The notes below the pieces were generated by a model. The model saw only the letters and a list, made by a program, of their open reading frames with translations, made no database searches and had not been told where the DNA came from. From Myxococcota bacterium (GTDB lineage: Bacteria; Myxococcota_A; SURF-8; G963663525), in contig CAXXVK010000027.1 in NCBI GenBank assembly GCA_963676915.2, forward strand, positions 69,797-133,796: a stretch of DNA of 64,000 nucleotides. The letters run 5' to 3'. The translations under genes were made by a program, and so were the position numbers. Every line of letters starts with the position of its first letter. Position 1 is the stretch's first letter. Shown one piece after another: positions 29,345 through 39,008 of this stretch.

Positions 29345-31671
29345 TCTCCAGCCTTTCCCGTTTCGTCACCCGCCACCCTTGGCCGGTCATCGTTCTGTTC
29401 GTCGTCGTTACGGTTCTGATGGGGAAAATCTACCTGCCCCAGGCCGAAGTCGATCCCGAGGTGAAAAACCAGCTACCGGAAGACTTCGCCTCACGTGTGA
29501 CGACCGACAAAATCGAGGAGTTGTTCGGCGGAACGGAAGTCGTTGCCGTCGTGCTTATGGCAGACGATGTGCTCGCCCCCGAAACCTTGAAGCGGCTACG
29601 GAAAATCTCCAATAAAATGGACCGGATGCCGAAATACTTCGACCGGGTGATGAGCCCCTTCACACTAAAAGACATTCGTTCCGAAGATGATGTGTTGTAC
29701 GTAGATCCCGCCGTCATGAAAATTCCCGCGACGAAGGAAAAAAGGGAAATCCTGCGGCAACAGATCAAGGACAACGATCTCGTCTACGGCCGGGTCGTCA
29801 GCGAGGATTTCAAGGCCGCCGCCGTTACCGGCATCATGACCGCCGGAGCCTCGGATTCCGAGGTTTTGGGAGCCTTGCAGAAGGTGCTGGATGAAGCTCC
29901 CGGCCCGGAAAAACTGGTCGTCTACGGAATGCCCTGGGTGCGGGTCAATCTGAGCAAAGACATCAAAGGCGACATGCAGAAATTCCTGCCTTACGGCCTG
30001 CTGATCATGCTGATTTTCCTCTACTTCTGCTTCAAGCAGCTTCGTGGCGTGATCCTGCCGTTTCTGGTAGTGATTCTGTCCATCGTTTTTTCCATGAGCC
30101 TGATACCGCTGTTCGGCTGGAAAATCCAAATGATTACGGTGGTTTTACCGGTCATGCTGATCGCGGTTGCCAACGATTACGGCATTCACATCCTGGCGAA
30201 GTACCAGGAGGAAAACACACCGGGAAATACGCTCGATAAAACAACGCTGGTACGAAAAGTCATCGACGATCTCGGCAAGCCCGTGATTTTCACAGGAATC
30301 ACCACCATGGCCGGAATGCTCTGTCTGTGGATTCACATCATCGTGCCCGCCAAGCAGATGGGACTTTTAGCCTCGCTCGGCGTCATCTGGGCGTTGATCG
30401 GTAGCCTGACGTTCATCCCCGCCGTGCTCGTGCTGCTACCCAAGGCGAAACCCATCGCCGGACTGGCCGGTGACGAATCCGCCGATGGAAAACGTCCGTT
30501 GCTGGAAAGGCTGTTGCAAGCGGTGGCTCGCCTCGTAACCCATCATCCCGTTCGGGTGATCGTGGGTACTTTCGTGCTGGTTGGCCTGACCTCGCTGGGG
30601 ATTTTCCGCCTGGTCGTCGACACCAACCCGACCAATTACTACCCGGAGGATAACCCCATCGTCACCGCTTCCCGCGTGCTTTCGGACAATTTCGGCGGGG
30701 CATCGACCATCATGGCCGTGGCCAAGGGGGACATCAAAGATCCGAAAATCATGGGTCAGATCGACTCGTTGCACCGCAAACTGGAAAAACATCCGGATGT
30801 GGGAATGGTGACATCCATTGCCGAGGTGGCGCGGGAACTCAACCAGACGATGCACGAGGACGATCCGGCCTACGACGTGATTCCCGAAAGCCGCGATCTC
30901 ACCGCCCAGTATTTTTTGCTGTACGAAAACAGCGGGGAGCCGGAGGATTTCGAGAAGCTGGTGGATTTCGACTACCAACACGCCCAGGTTACCGCCCGCA
31001 TCCGCTCGGAAGCGACAAGCGTCATCAACCGGGTGTACGAAGCCTTTTTGCAATTCGTCAACGAGCCGGGGCATGAGGCGTTTATTCTCGTCGGCGGTTA
31101 CGGCGCGGTGTTCTCGGAACTTGTCGAGGGCGTTGTCCACGGGCAGGTGTACAGCCTAGCGATTTCTCTGCTGGTTGTGGCGGTGCTGATGATGATCCTC
31201 TTCCGTAGTGTGATGGCGGGCCTGCTTTCCATCGTGCCGCTGGCGCTGGCCATGCTGCTTCTGTTCGGAATCATGGGCATTGTAGGGATCGAATTGAATA
31301 TCGCCACCGCCATGCTCAGTTCGATCATGATCGGCGTAGGTATCGACTACACCATCCATTTCCTCTGGCGCTACCGCGAGGAACGCAGCAAAGGCGTCGA
31401 GCGTCGCCGGGCCGTGTTCGTCACGTTGACCACCACCGGTCGGGGCATCGTCTTCAATGCGCTGTCCGTGGTGATCGGCTTCGTGGTGCTGGTTCTTTCC
31501 AACTTCCTACCGGTGAAATTCTTCGGTATCCTCGTGGTGGTGTCGATTTCGGCCTGCCTGGTGGGAGCCTTGATGTTGCTACCGGCCTTTGCACTCGTGT
31601 TCAAACCCAAATTTCTGGAACCCAAACGAATCGAGATGGAAAACGAATCCGACTCGTCTCTTCCCGCATGA
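29341..31671 (+). CDS. MMPL/RND family exporter
   Basis: Two repeats with ANDYGIH and GIDYTIH motifs, many TM helices and two periplasmic domains; ATGA overlap with tetR. Confidence 0.92.
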   Translation: MISSLSRFVTRHPWPVIVLFVVVTVLMGKIYLPQAEVDPEVKNQLPEDFASRVTTDKIEELFGGTEVVAVVLMADDVLAPETLKRLRKISNKMDRMPKYFDRVMSPFTLKDIRSEDDVLYVDPAVMKIPATKEKREILRQQIKDNDLVYGRVVSEDFKAAAVTGIMTAGASDSEVLGALQKVLDEAPGPEKLVVYGMPWVRVNLSKDIKGDMQKFLPYGLLIMLIFLYFCFKQLRGVILPFLVVILSIVFSMSLIPLFGWKIQMITVVLPVMLIAVANDYGIHILAKYQEENTPGNTLDKTTLVRKVIDDLGKPVIFTGITTMAGMLCLWIHIIVPAKQMGLLASLGVIWALIGSLTFIPAVLVLLPKAKPIAGLAGDESADGKRPLLERLLQAVARLVTHHPVRVIVGTFVLVGLTSLGIFRLVVDTNPTNYYPEDNPIVTASRVLSDNFGGASTIMAVAKGDIKDPKIMGQIDSLHRKLEKHPDVGMVTSIAEVARELNQTMHEDDPAYDVIPESRDLTAQYFLLYENSGEPEDFEKLVDFDYQHAQVTARIRSEATSVINRVYEAFLQFVNEPGHEAFILVGGYGAVFSELVEGVVHGQVYSLAISLLVVAVLMMILFRSVMAGLLSIVPLALAMLLLFGIMGIVGIELNIATAMLSSIMIGVGIDYTIHFLWRYREERSKGVERRRAVFVTLTTTGRGIVFNALSVVIGFVVLVLSNFLPVKFFGILVVVSISACLVGALMLLPAFALVFKPKFLEPKRIEMENESDSSLPA

Positions 31672-31692
31672 AACCCTTGAAGGAGAAACCTG

Positions 31693-32511
31693 ATGAAAAT
31701 GAAACGAATTCAAGCTGTTACGCCTTTTCTGCTCGCTGCCTTCGCCGTCGTTCTTCTGGGTGCGCAGCCGCTGTTCGCCGCCGATCCCGATCCGAAAGCG
31801 ATCATGGATAAGGTCAACACCAATCGCAAGCTCGAAGGCTCGGAAGCCCTGCAAAGCCTTGTGATCATTAGCAAAAAAGGACAAAAACGCGTTCGCAAAA
31901 TGGCTACGGTTTCCAAACTGTACGATGAAGGTAAAACCGAAAAACGCATGGCGCGTTTCCTGGCGCCCGCCGATGTCAAAGGTACGGGCCTGTTGACCTT
32001 CGACTACGAAACGAAAACCGACGACATGTGGCTGTTCATGCCCGCTCTGCGCAAAACGCGGCGGATCGTCTCCAGCGAGAAATCGAAATCTTTCATGGGT
32101 TCGGAGTTCAGTTATTCCGACATGACCATCCCGACGCTCGACGACTTTACGTACAAATTCCTGCGTGAAGAGCAGTACGAGAAAGCGACCTGCCAGGTGA
32201 TCGAAGTCACGCCGATCAACGAAAGCATCGCCGATGAAAACGGTTTCAGCAAGCGGGTCGTCTGGGTGGGAAAACACGATTTCGCCGTACGCAAGGTCCA
32301 TTATTGGGATCTGTCGGGAGAATTCTTCAAGGAAATGCGGGCGCGAGATATTCGCCTCGTGGACAAGAAAAACAACAAATACCGGGCATTTCATTTGGAA
32401 GCGGACAACAAATTGACGGGCCGTAAATCCGAATTGCAGGTTCATGAACTCAAGCTGCGCACCGATATCCCCGACGACTACTTCACCACCCGTTACCTCG
32501 AACGTCAATAA
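31693..32511 (+). CDS. Outer-membrane lipoprotein-sorting (LolA-like) protein
   Basis: Signal peptide; FLAPADVKGTGLL, DDMWLFMPALRKTRRI, SFMGSEFSYSD. Confidence 0.9.
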   Translation: MKMKRIQAVTPFLLAAFAVVLLGAQPLFAADPDPKAIMDKVNTNRKLEGSEALQSLVIISKKGQKRVRKMATVSKLYDEGKTEKRMARFLAPADVKGTGLLTFDYETKTDDMWLFMPALRKTRRIVSSEKSKSFMGSEFSYSDMTIPTLDDFTYKFLREEQYEKATCQVIEVTPINESIADENGFSKRVVWVGKHDFAVRKVHYWDLSGEFFKEMRARDIRLVDKKNNKYRAFHLEADNKLTGRKSELQVHELKLRTDIPDDYFTTRYLERQ

Positions 32512-32517
32512 ACATCG

Positions 32518-32550
32518 TTTCCACACCGGGCTTCAGGCTCGGTGTGGAAA
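32518..32550. terminator. Hairpin between convergent genes
   Basis: 14-bp stem TTTCCACACCGGGC/GCTCGGTGTGGAAA. Confidence 0.65.
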
Positions 32551-32766
32551 TCACAGGCTCAAAGCCCAGCCTTCCAGATTGAATCCCAACATCCATTCCA
32601 GAATCCATTGGTGGACCCACTCCACCGCCCACTGCATCACGACCAGAAACAGCGCGAACAGCGCAGCGCAGAGCAGACCGAAAACGAGTTTCCAGAAAAC
32701 ATCCCGAATCTCCTTTCCCGAACCGGTATAATTGCAGGACGGAAACATTTCGTTTGGGGAAGTCAT
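32551..32766 (-). CDS. Small membrane protein (71 aa)
   Basis: Strong RBS AAAGGAG 6 nt before ATG; one TM helix; stop abuts the hairpin. Confidence 0.55.
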   Translation of the reverse strand: MTSPNEMFPSCNYTGSGKEIRDVFWKLVFGLLCAALFALFLVVMQWAVEWVHQWILEWMLGFNLEGWALSL

Positions 32767-33098
32767 GGCCGCTCCTTTCCCGCAGATAAAAGAGCTGCGT
32801 CGACTCTCTACTTTTGCAAGTCGCGAGCCATATGTAAAACCTTGTAATATTCAATAGTTACCTGTTTTATGGGATTTCCTTTTTTGTAAAAAGCGAGGCA
32901 TTTTGTCACATATAAGTAAACATTTTGGTGTTTTGCTTGTGATAAATCATAAAAGCTATTGAAATCTTTAAAGATTTTACACAATCAGCCTTGTTGGGAC
33001 AATTTGTCTCAGAAAAGCAGCAGGCTTGGTAATGTCATGGACAGTTGCACTCGACATCGTGTACGTTGAATGAAAGAAATCATGAAAGGAGCAACCCC

Positions 33099-33686
33099 AT
33101 GATTCGATATTCCGGCATCAATCATCTGGCCATGGCGACGAGCGATATGGATCGAACGATTCGCTATTGGCGCGACTTGTTGGGAATGAAACTGGTGACG
33201 GCCATGGGAAAACCAGGCTATCGCCATTATTTCTTTCAGGTAACGCCTCTGGATCGAATCGCCTTTTTCGAGTGGCCCGGCGTGGAACCTTTGAAGGAAA
33301 AAGACCACGGTCGCCCGGTGAAAGGTCCGTTCGTTTTCGATCATGTTGCCTTGGGCGTCGAAGACGAAGACGAGTTGTGGAAAATCAAAGACCGCCTCGA
33401 AGCGGCGGGGTTCTGGGTGTCCGAAGTGGTGGATCACGGCATCGTGCACTCGATTTACTCCTTCGATCCCAACGGAATTCCCGTGGAATTCAGCATCGAA
33501 CCGGAAGGTCTGGATCTCGAAGCCAATCCCATCATGGCCGACGAACAGCCCTCCGACATTGCAAAAGAAGGCTTCGATCCCGTACCCGGACATTGGCCCG
33601 AGGTTTCCCGGCCCACTCCGAAACAGGAGCGTTCCAGTTACCCGGGAGTTGGAAGCGAACTGTTTCAGGGAAAAAAGAAGTTTTAA
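33099..33686 (+). CDS. VOC/glyoxalase family protein
   Basis: INHLA...DHVAL...SIYSFDPNGIPVEF metal-binding pattern; AAGGAG RBS. Confidence 0.9.
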   Translation: MIRYSGINHLAMATSDMDRTIRYWRDLLGMKLVTAMGKPGYRHYFFQVTPLDRIAFFEWPGVEPLKEKDHGRPVKGPFVFDHVALGVEDEDELWKIKDRLEAAGFWVSEVVDHGIVHSIYSFDPNGIPVEFSIEPEGLDLEANPIMADEQPSDIAKEGFDPVPGHWPEVSRPTPKQERSSYPGVGSELFQGKKKF

Positions 33687-33726
33687 CTTCCTGAAATTAC
33701 AACGGTTTATAGAAGAACAGCAGACA

Positions 33727-33803
33727 GTAGGTCGGGCAAATTTCTTGCCCGACACCTTGGCATTGCCCTTGTCTTTGTCGGGCAAAAAATTTGCCCGACC
33801 TAC
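33727..33803. repeat. GTAG-type REP inverted pair (family A)
   Basis: GTAG-GTCGGGCAA-ATTTC-TTGCCCGAC at 33727-33753 and an inverted copy at 33777-33803. Confidence 0.85.
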
Positions 33804-34001
33804 GTGAGATGTTTTCGACACATGAATCGAAAACGTTTGAAATCATTAATATTTCTCGCTTCCCAAGAAACCAGCAACCTCTATCGACCACCTTTCAGGG
33901 CATCGCCTCTTCTGGCGCGTGCGACGCTTTCGTGATACATTTCACCGTGTAAATCTGCTGTTTTCCACGATTTGACCAGTTGATTTTTCGGAGGATTTCT
34001 T

Positions 34002-34589
34002 TTGTTCCATCCTGCCGCCCGCCGCTGTCCTTCCTGCAAACGTCGTTACGGAATTTTCCGCGACCGCTGCCCCGACTGCGGCCACGTCGCTTCGTGGGGT
34101 CGACGCTATGGTCGGATGCTGTTCGTCTGGCTGATCGCTGCCGGGTTCGCAGCCGTCGGAACGGCGGTTTTCGCGCTGTATCTGATGGTTTTCGCCATGG
34201 TGGTTCAACTGCCGTTTCTACTGGCATTCACTCTGAAAAAAGACTGGGTAGCGCTTCGTTACAATGCCGCGAAAACGTTGGCCTACGTGCTCTTTACGGG
34301 GGCGATTCTCGGCTTTGCCTACGGTAGCGACATGCTCTCCCGCTCGCGAGCGGAGATGGTCATCGAAGCTGTGGATCAATATCAACTGCAATATGGCACG
34401 TATCCCCAATCACTGGAGGAACTGGTTCCCGGTTACCTGGACGAGATCCCCAGTCCCGGCCTGCTGGTGCGAAACAATCGTTTTGACTACAAAAACATGA
34501 ACGGTCACGCAACGTTACGCATGCAAAAGGCGTTGATCGGCATCTCGTTTTACAGCTTCAAGCACCGCCGTTGGGGTAAATTCCCCTGA
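34002..34589 (+). CDS. Hypothetical membrane protein with N-terminal zinc ribbon
   Basis: GGAGGA RBS + TTG; CPSC...CPDCG; hydrophobic helices; C-terminal YGTYPQSLEELVPGYL pseudopilin-like segment. Confidence 0.65.
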   Translation: MFHPAARRCPSCKRRYGIFRDRCPDCGHVASWGRRYGRMLFVWLIAAGFAAVGTAVFALYLMVFAMVVQLPFLLAFTLKKDWVALRYNAAKTLAYVLFTGAILGFAYGSDMLSRSRAEMVIEAVDQYQLQYGTYPQSLEELVPGYLDEIPSPGLLVRNNRFDYKNMNGHATLRMQKALIGISFYSFKHRRWGKFP

Positions 34590-34608
34590 TTTCAGGGCGC
34601 TTATTTTA

Positions 34609-36159
34609 TCAGGCCGAGGCGTTTTCGGTGTTTTCCTCCGGCTCATCGTTGTTTTTCACTCCGCTGAACAATCCCTTTAAAATCAACAGACTGAGCGGCG
34701 AAACCACAGCCATTCCGCCGATCCAGACCCAGATCATGTAGTGCATCGGGTAGCTCTCCTGACCCTCCGGCACATACGTGGAAACAAGCCAGCCGGACAA
34801 CGGGCCGACGATCAGTTTGGAAGCGAAATAGGGAATATAGGATAACGAGATGTACGTTCCTTCTTTACCCTTGGGAGCAACTTCCGCCATGAATTGCATC
34901 AGACGCGGCGACCAGATCGCCTCACCGACGGTGAACACCGCCACCATGATCACGAGCGATAAAAACAGCGGGCGTTGCAGATCCGGCGGAACGCTCAACC
35001 AGCGATCCATCACCAGTTCGGAAAACCAACTCCCCATCAGCGGTTCGTAAAACGTCTCGGGCATCGTGGCGATGAAAATCGAAAACGCAGAAATGAACGT
35101 ACCGACCATCATGACTTTGTAGGAACTGAATTTTTTGGTCAGGCTGGCGATCAACGGCGTCAGGAAAACGATCATCACCGGATTTAATACCCCGAAAATA
35201 CTGCCAACGTTCTGCCCCTCTCCCAGCACGCGAATCCCGTATTTGGGGAACGTGTAATGGAAGTGATAAAACACGAAACGAACGAAGACCAACGAACCCA
35301 TCATCAGCAGAAAGTACCAGAATTCCTTGGTTTTCGCGACGGACTTGAACACGTTGACCGTATCGAGAGCGGCCTTTTTGGATACTTTGAAAAGCACCTG
35401 TAAAAAGGTTCCCGTCTGTTCGGTAATGCTTGGCCGGACGGTAACCGTTCCATCGTCGTGCATCTCCACACCATCACGCATCAGCAAAATAGCGATAAGG
35501 TCCGGCACGGTGAAAACGAAACCAAGCGCCAAAATGATCTGGTAGGTGGAAAACTCCCAGTTGATTACCGGAGCCGTGAGAATTTCATGCTCGCCGAAAT
35601 AGCCGCGAATCGAATCGAAAAGCTGCGCTCCAATGGCCCAACCGACGTTCATCATCGTGTAAAACAGGCCGAATCCCAACGCCGCCGTTTCCTTGGTGGT
35701 AAAGCGTTTGATACCGACGGATAGCACCGGCCCCATCATCGCCATACCGATTCCCATAGGAATGAATCCTAGCACGAAAGCCAACGCAACCGAATTAGTG
35801 AACGGCAGGAAAAAGCGTGAACCAAGCAACACAATCGTACCGATCAGCAAGGTTTTCTTGATCCCGATCGCATCGCACACCGGACCGATCACCATGATTC
35901 CGACGGTAAGAAACATCGACCAGACACCGATCACCGTACCCGCCGACGTATCGCTCAAGCCGCAGTCCGCCGAAAGATAGAGAACGAAGGTCAGGTTCAT
36001 GGCCCCGTAGGCGGAGTATTCGGTCAGTTTGGTGAAAAACAGCAAGTACAGTTCTCTGGGAGAACCTTTTAAGTTTTTCTGATAGCTCCAGAAAATGTAA
36101 ATGAAGGCGATGCCCAACACCACGGCGCCGGACCAGATGACGATATCCAGTGTTTCCAT
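34609..36159 (-). CDS. MFS transporter, POT/PTR peptide-transporter-like
   Basis: EYSAYG (ExxxYG), GFGLFYTMMNVG, GEAIWSP...APKGKEGTY; many TM helices. Confidence 0.85.
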   Translation of the reverse strand: METLDIVIWSGAVVLGIAFIYIFWSYQKNLKGSPRELYLLFFTKLTEYSAYGAMNLTFVLYLSADCGLSDTSAGTVIGVWSMFLTVGIMVIGPVCDAIGIKKTLLIGTIVLLGSRFFLPFTNSVALAFVLGFIPMGIGMAMMGPVLSVGIKRFTTKETAALGFGLFYTMMNVGWAIGAQLFDSIRGYFGEHEILTAPVINWEFSTYQIILALGFVFTVPDLIAILLMRDGVEMHDDGTVTVRPSITEQTGTFLQVLFKVSKKAALDTVNVFKSVAKTKEFWYFLLMMGSLVFVRFVFYHFHYTFPKYGIRVLGEGQNVGSIFGVLNPVMIVFLTPLIASLTKKFSSYKVMMVGTFISAFSIFIATMPETFYEPLMGSWFSELVMDRWLSVPPDLQRPLFLSLVIMVAVFTVGEAIWSPRLMQFMAEVAPKGKEGTYISLSYIPYFASKLIVGPLSGWLVSTYVPEGQESYPMHYMIWVWIGGMAVVSPLSLLILKGLFSGVKNNDEPEENTENASA

Positions 36160-36328
36160 GATTCGTTGTTTGCTTTCCGGGGATTCGGCCGATACCTCGA
36201 CCGCCCACAAGATCTAATTGTTGGATTTTACAATCGTTTTACTCGACAAAAAAAACGTTCCGACCGAAACATACCGAAAAACGGGAAGAGATCCTAGTAC
36301 GAATCTTTTCCCGAACGTTCTCGGAAAA

Positions 36329-37828
36329 TCATTTTCCGTTCGAGGTCATAACGGGTTCGGCCTCGTGAGGTTCCGATTCGGGAGTTGCCGGTTCGGTTGA
36401 AGCCGCCTCGGGAGACGTTTCCGCCCGTTCTCCGGAATCGGAGGTTTCGGCGGGAGTGGGCGGGGCTTCCTCCGGCGGAGTTGCATTTTCAGCAGCTTGC
36501 GGTTCTTCTACGATAGGAGCCTGCTGGACCTCGGGGCTCGCCGAGGGTTCGGGCAGCGTTTCTTCGGCGGGCGTATCGTCTTCCTGCAAGATTTCTTCTT
36601 GCAAAGCGTCTTCCAATTCCTCCAACGGAATCTCGATGACGTCGGGATTTTCTTCCTTGGTTTCCTGCGTTTCCTGAGCGTCCTTGCCACGCTGTTCGGC
36701 GATATCGGGAGGCAGTTCCGGCCCGTAGACTCTGCGCTTGTCGCCTTCGGATTCGTTGCGCTTGATCGCCATCCGCACCAGCGCTTTGAGCACTTTGTTG
36801 CGCTTGACGTTACCCAGGATCATTTTCACATCTTCGTAAATCGTCGGGTCGTACACCAGACCGCCGATGGTTCCCCTACCTTCTCGAATCTCCGCCGTTA
36901 CGAGCTTGAGATCTTCGGTGGCATCGGCCAGATTCTTGATAATATTGCTTTTATCCTCTTTGTAGATCAGGTTGTGAATCACGCCCTCTTCGGTTTGCAG
37001 CGTCTGAGCGATGTTGCGAATCGAGGCGGCGGCTTCCCGCAGATCGCGGGTGATTTTCTTGCCGTCGTCGTTGTAAATCAGGTGGTGCACCGTACCATTA
37101 CCCGAACTGACCTGATTGACGATCCCGTGGATATCCTGGCTGGTTTTGACGAGGCTTTCGCTCAAAATCCGTACGTTTTTCACCGTGCTCTGGAAATCTT
37201 TGCTTGGCCGTCCGTCGTAAATCAACCCATGAACCAAACCTTTGCCCTGTTCGATTTCCTTCATGATGTCATCGATGCTGGAAATAATGTTCTGAACGTG
37301 CCCCACGGTCGCATCGTTCGAAAAACGGTCCACCGCTTTCCGAATGCCCTTGACCACTTCCACACCATTGTCGAGAATCTGCCCCGCCTTGGAGAGCATG
37401 GCGAGCATGTCGCCGCTCTCGATAGGATTGATGAACTGGCCGTTTCGAAGTCGCAGTTTGTCTTTGCTGCCCATGGTGAGCTGTATCACTTTGTCACCGA
37501 GCAATCCCTGCGTAACGATCTGCGCCATGCTGTTCTCACGAACCCGCTCCATCACCGAATTATTGACTTCGATAGACACAATGATGCTGGATTCTTCCAG
37601 TGTTTCCGGGAACTTGATATCCACGACCGAACCGACGTTCACACCTCCGAGTTGCACCATCGCCCCGGTACGCAACCCCTGCACATTGGAAAACTTGATG
37701 TAAAGCTGTGTCGTTTCCTCGAACAAGCTGCGTTCCTTGCCCAACAGGGTCACGACGGTGACGATCAGCGCCAGAGTCACCAGCAGGAAAAAACCTACCT
37801 GGAACATCAGTTTCTTGCTGTAATTCAT
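36329..37828 (-). CDS. MlaD/MCE family protein with long helical region and acidic tail
   Basis: N-terminal TM; GLRTGAMVQLGGVNVGSV and GLLGDKVI MCE motifs; four GxGxxxxLIY-type repeats. Confidence 0.88.
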   Translation of the reverse strand: MNYSKKLMFQVGFFLLVTLALIVTVVTLLGKERSLFEETTQLYIKFSNVQGLRTGAMVQLGGVNVGSVVDIKFPETLEESSIIVSIEVNNSVMERVRENSMAQIVTQGLLGDKVIQLTMGSKDKLRLRNGQFINPIESGDMLAMLSKAGQILDNGVEVVKGIRKAVDRFSNDATVGHVQNIISSIDDIMKEIEQGKGLVHGLIYDGRPSKDFQSTVKNVRILSESLVKTSQDIHGIVNQVSSGNGTVHHLIYNDDGKKITRDLREAAASIRNIAQTLQTEEGVIHNLIYKEDKSNIIKNLADATEDLKLVTAEIREGRGTIGGLVYDPTIYEDVKMILGNVKRNKVLKALVRMAIKRNESEGDKRRVYGPELPPDIAEQRGKDAQETQETKEENPDVIEIPLEELEDALQEEILQEDDTPAEETLPEPSASPEVQQAPIVEEPQAAENATPPEEAPPTPAETSDSGERAETSPEAASTEPATPESEPHEAEPVMTSNGK

Positions 37829-37868
37829 ACTTTGTCTCCCGCGACGTTCTTCGTCGAACGCGCTGAAT

Positions 37869-38678
37869 TCATTCGGGAAATCCTTCGAAACGGCCTTCCA
37901 CGAAATCTCGGACCTCCCGAATGTCTGTATTCTTCACGTTCTCGGCGGTGTCGCAAAGGACGATCCGCCGGTCGTACAAAAACGCGATACGGTCGGACAC
38001 GGTGAACGCGGTTCCCATGTCGTGAGTGACCACAACGCTGGTAACGTGAAGAACTTCCTGCATACGTAAAATCAGATGATTGATGCGACTGGTATTGATC
38101 GGGTCGAGTCCGGTGGTCGGCTCGTCCCACAAAATCACTTTGGGATCGGTGGCTATGGCCCGAGCCAGCCCGACACGCTTTCTCATACCGCCGGACAAAT
38201 CCGCCGGATGCATATCTTCGATACCCTGAAGGCCGATCAAGTGCAGCTTTTCGGCCACAACCTTGGCGATGCGGTCCTCAGGCCAGTCCGGATGATGCAC
38301 ACGCAACGGATAGGCAATGTTGTCCTTGACGCTCAACGAATCGAACAGCGCGCCTCCCTGGAACAACATGGACACCTGCGCCCGAATCGGCACCCAGCTT
38401 TCTTCGGACAGATGCGTCACCTCCTGACCGAAAATCTCGATACTCCCGGAATCGCAGGACAACAGGCCGGTCATCAACTTAAGCGCCACGCTTTTTCCCA
38501 TGCCGGAACCGCCCATAATCGTTAGCGTTTCTCCGCTACGAATATTCAGCGTAAGATTTTCGTAGATCACCTTGGGGCCGAAAGCCTTGGTGACGTCGGT
38601 CAGGCGAATCGCCCAATCCTCCCCGTCGTTCGGCGCAATACCGCCGGAAGTTTCGACCACTTCGTTTTCCCGTGTCAT
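37869..38678 (-). CDS. MlaF/Mkl-type ABC transporter ATPase
   Basis: GGSGMGKS, FQGGALFDSL, LSGGMRKRVGLARA, DEPTTGLDP. Confidence 0.93.
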   Translation of the reverse strand: MTRENEVVETSGGIAPNDGEDWAIRLTDVTKAFGPKVIYENLTLNIRSGETLTIMGGSGMGKSVALKLMTGLLSCDSGSIEIFGQEVTHLSEESWVPIRAQVSMLFQGGALFDSLSVKDNIAYPLRVHHPDWPEDRIAKVVAEKLHLIGLQGIEDMHPADLSGGMRKRVGLARAIATDPKVILWDEPTTGLDPINTSRINHLILRMQEVLHVTSVVVTHDMGTAFTVSDRIAFLYDRRIVLCDTAENVKNTDIREVRDFVEGRFEGFPE

Positions 38679-39008
38679 ACCGACTCGCTCGTTGTTACCA
38701 AACGGAAGTGAAACTCGTCGCTAAAAGATAGTGAATATAATACCATAAATATATCTCTAAGGAAAGTTTTTTCGTCCCTGCCTCGGAATTCGAGGGCACG
38801 TTCAGGAAAATCGAAGTCTTCTTCTTGTCGAATCGGTTTTCCCCCACCTTTCCCTTCACATCCGTGTATAGTGCAGAAAGTTCATGAATTCGATAGCCTG
38901 CCCGTTCCGTTTCATGATTTTCACGGAAACGGAACGGGTCTTTCCATTGACAGCGCTGCCAAATTCATTAGAGTGAATCCAACAATTTGCATCCTCTGGA
39001 GAAAAAGC

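Noticed and set aside
36497-38005. 502-aa ORF antisense to mlaD/mlaF
   Set aside because: Shadow ORF; not hydrophobic enough to be the missing mlaE
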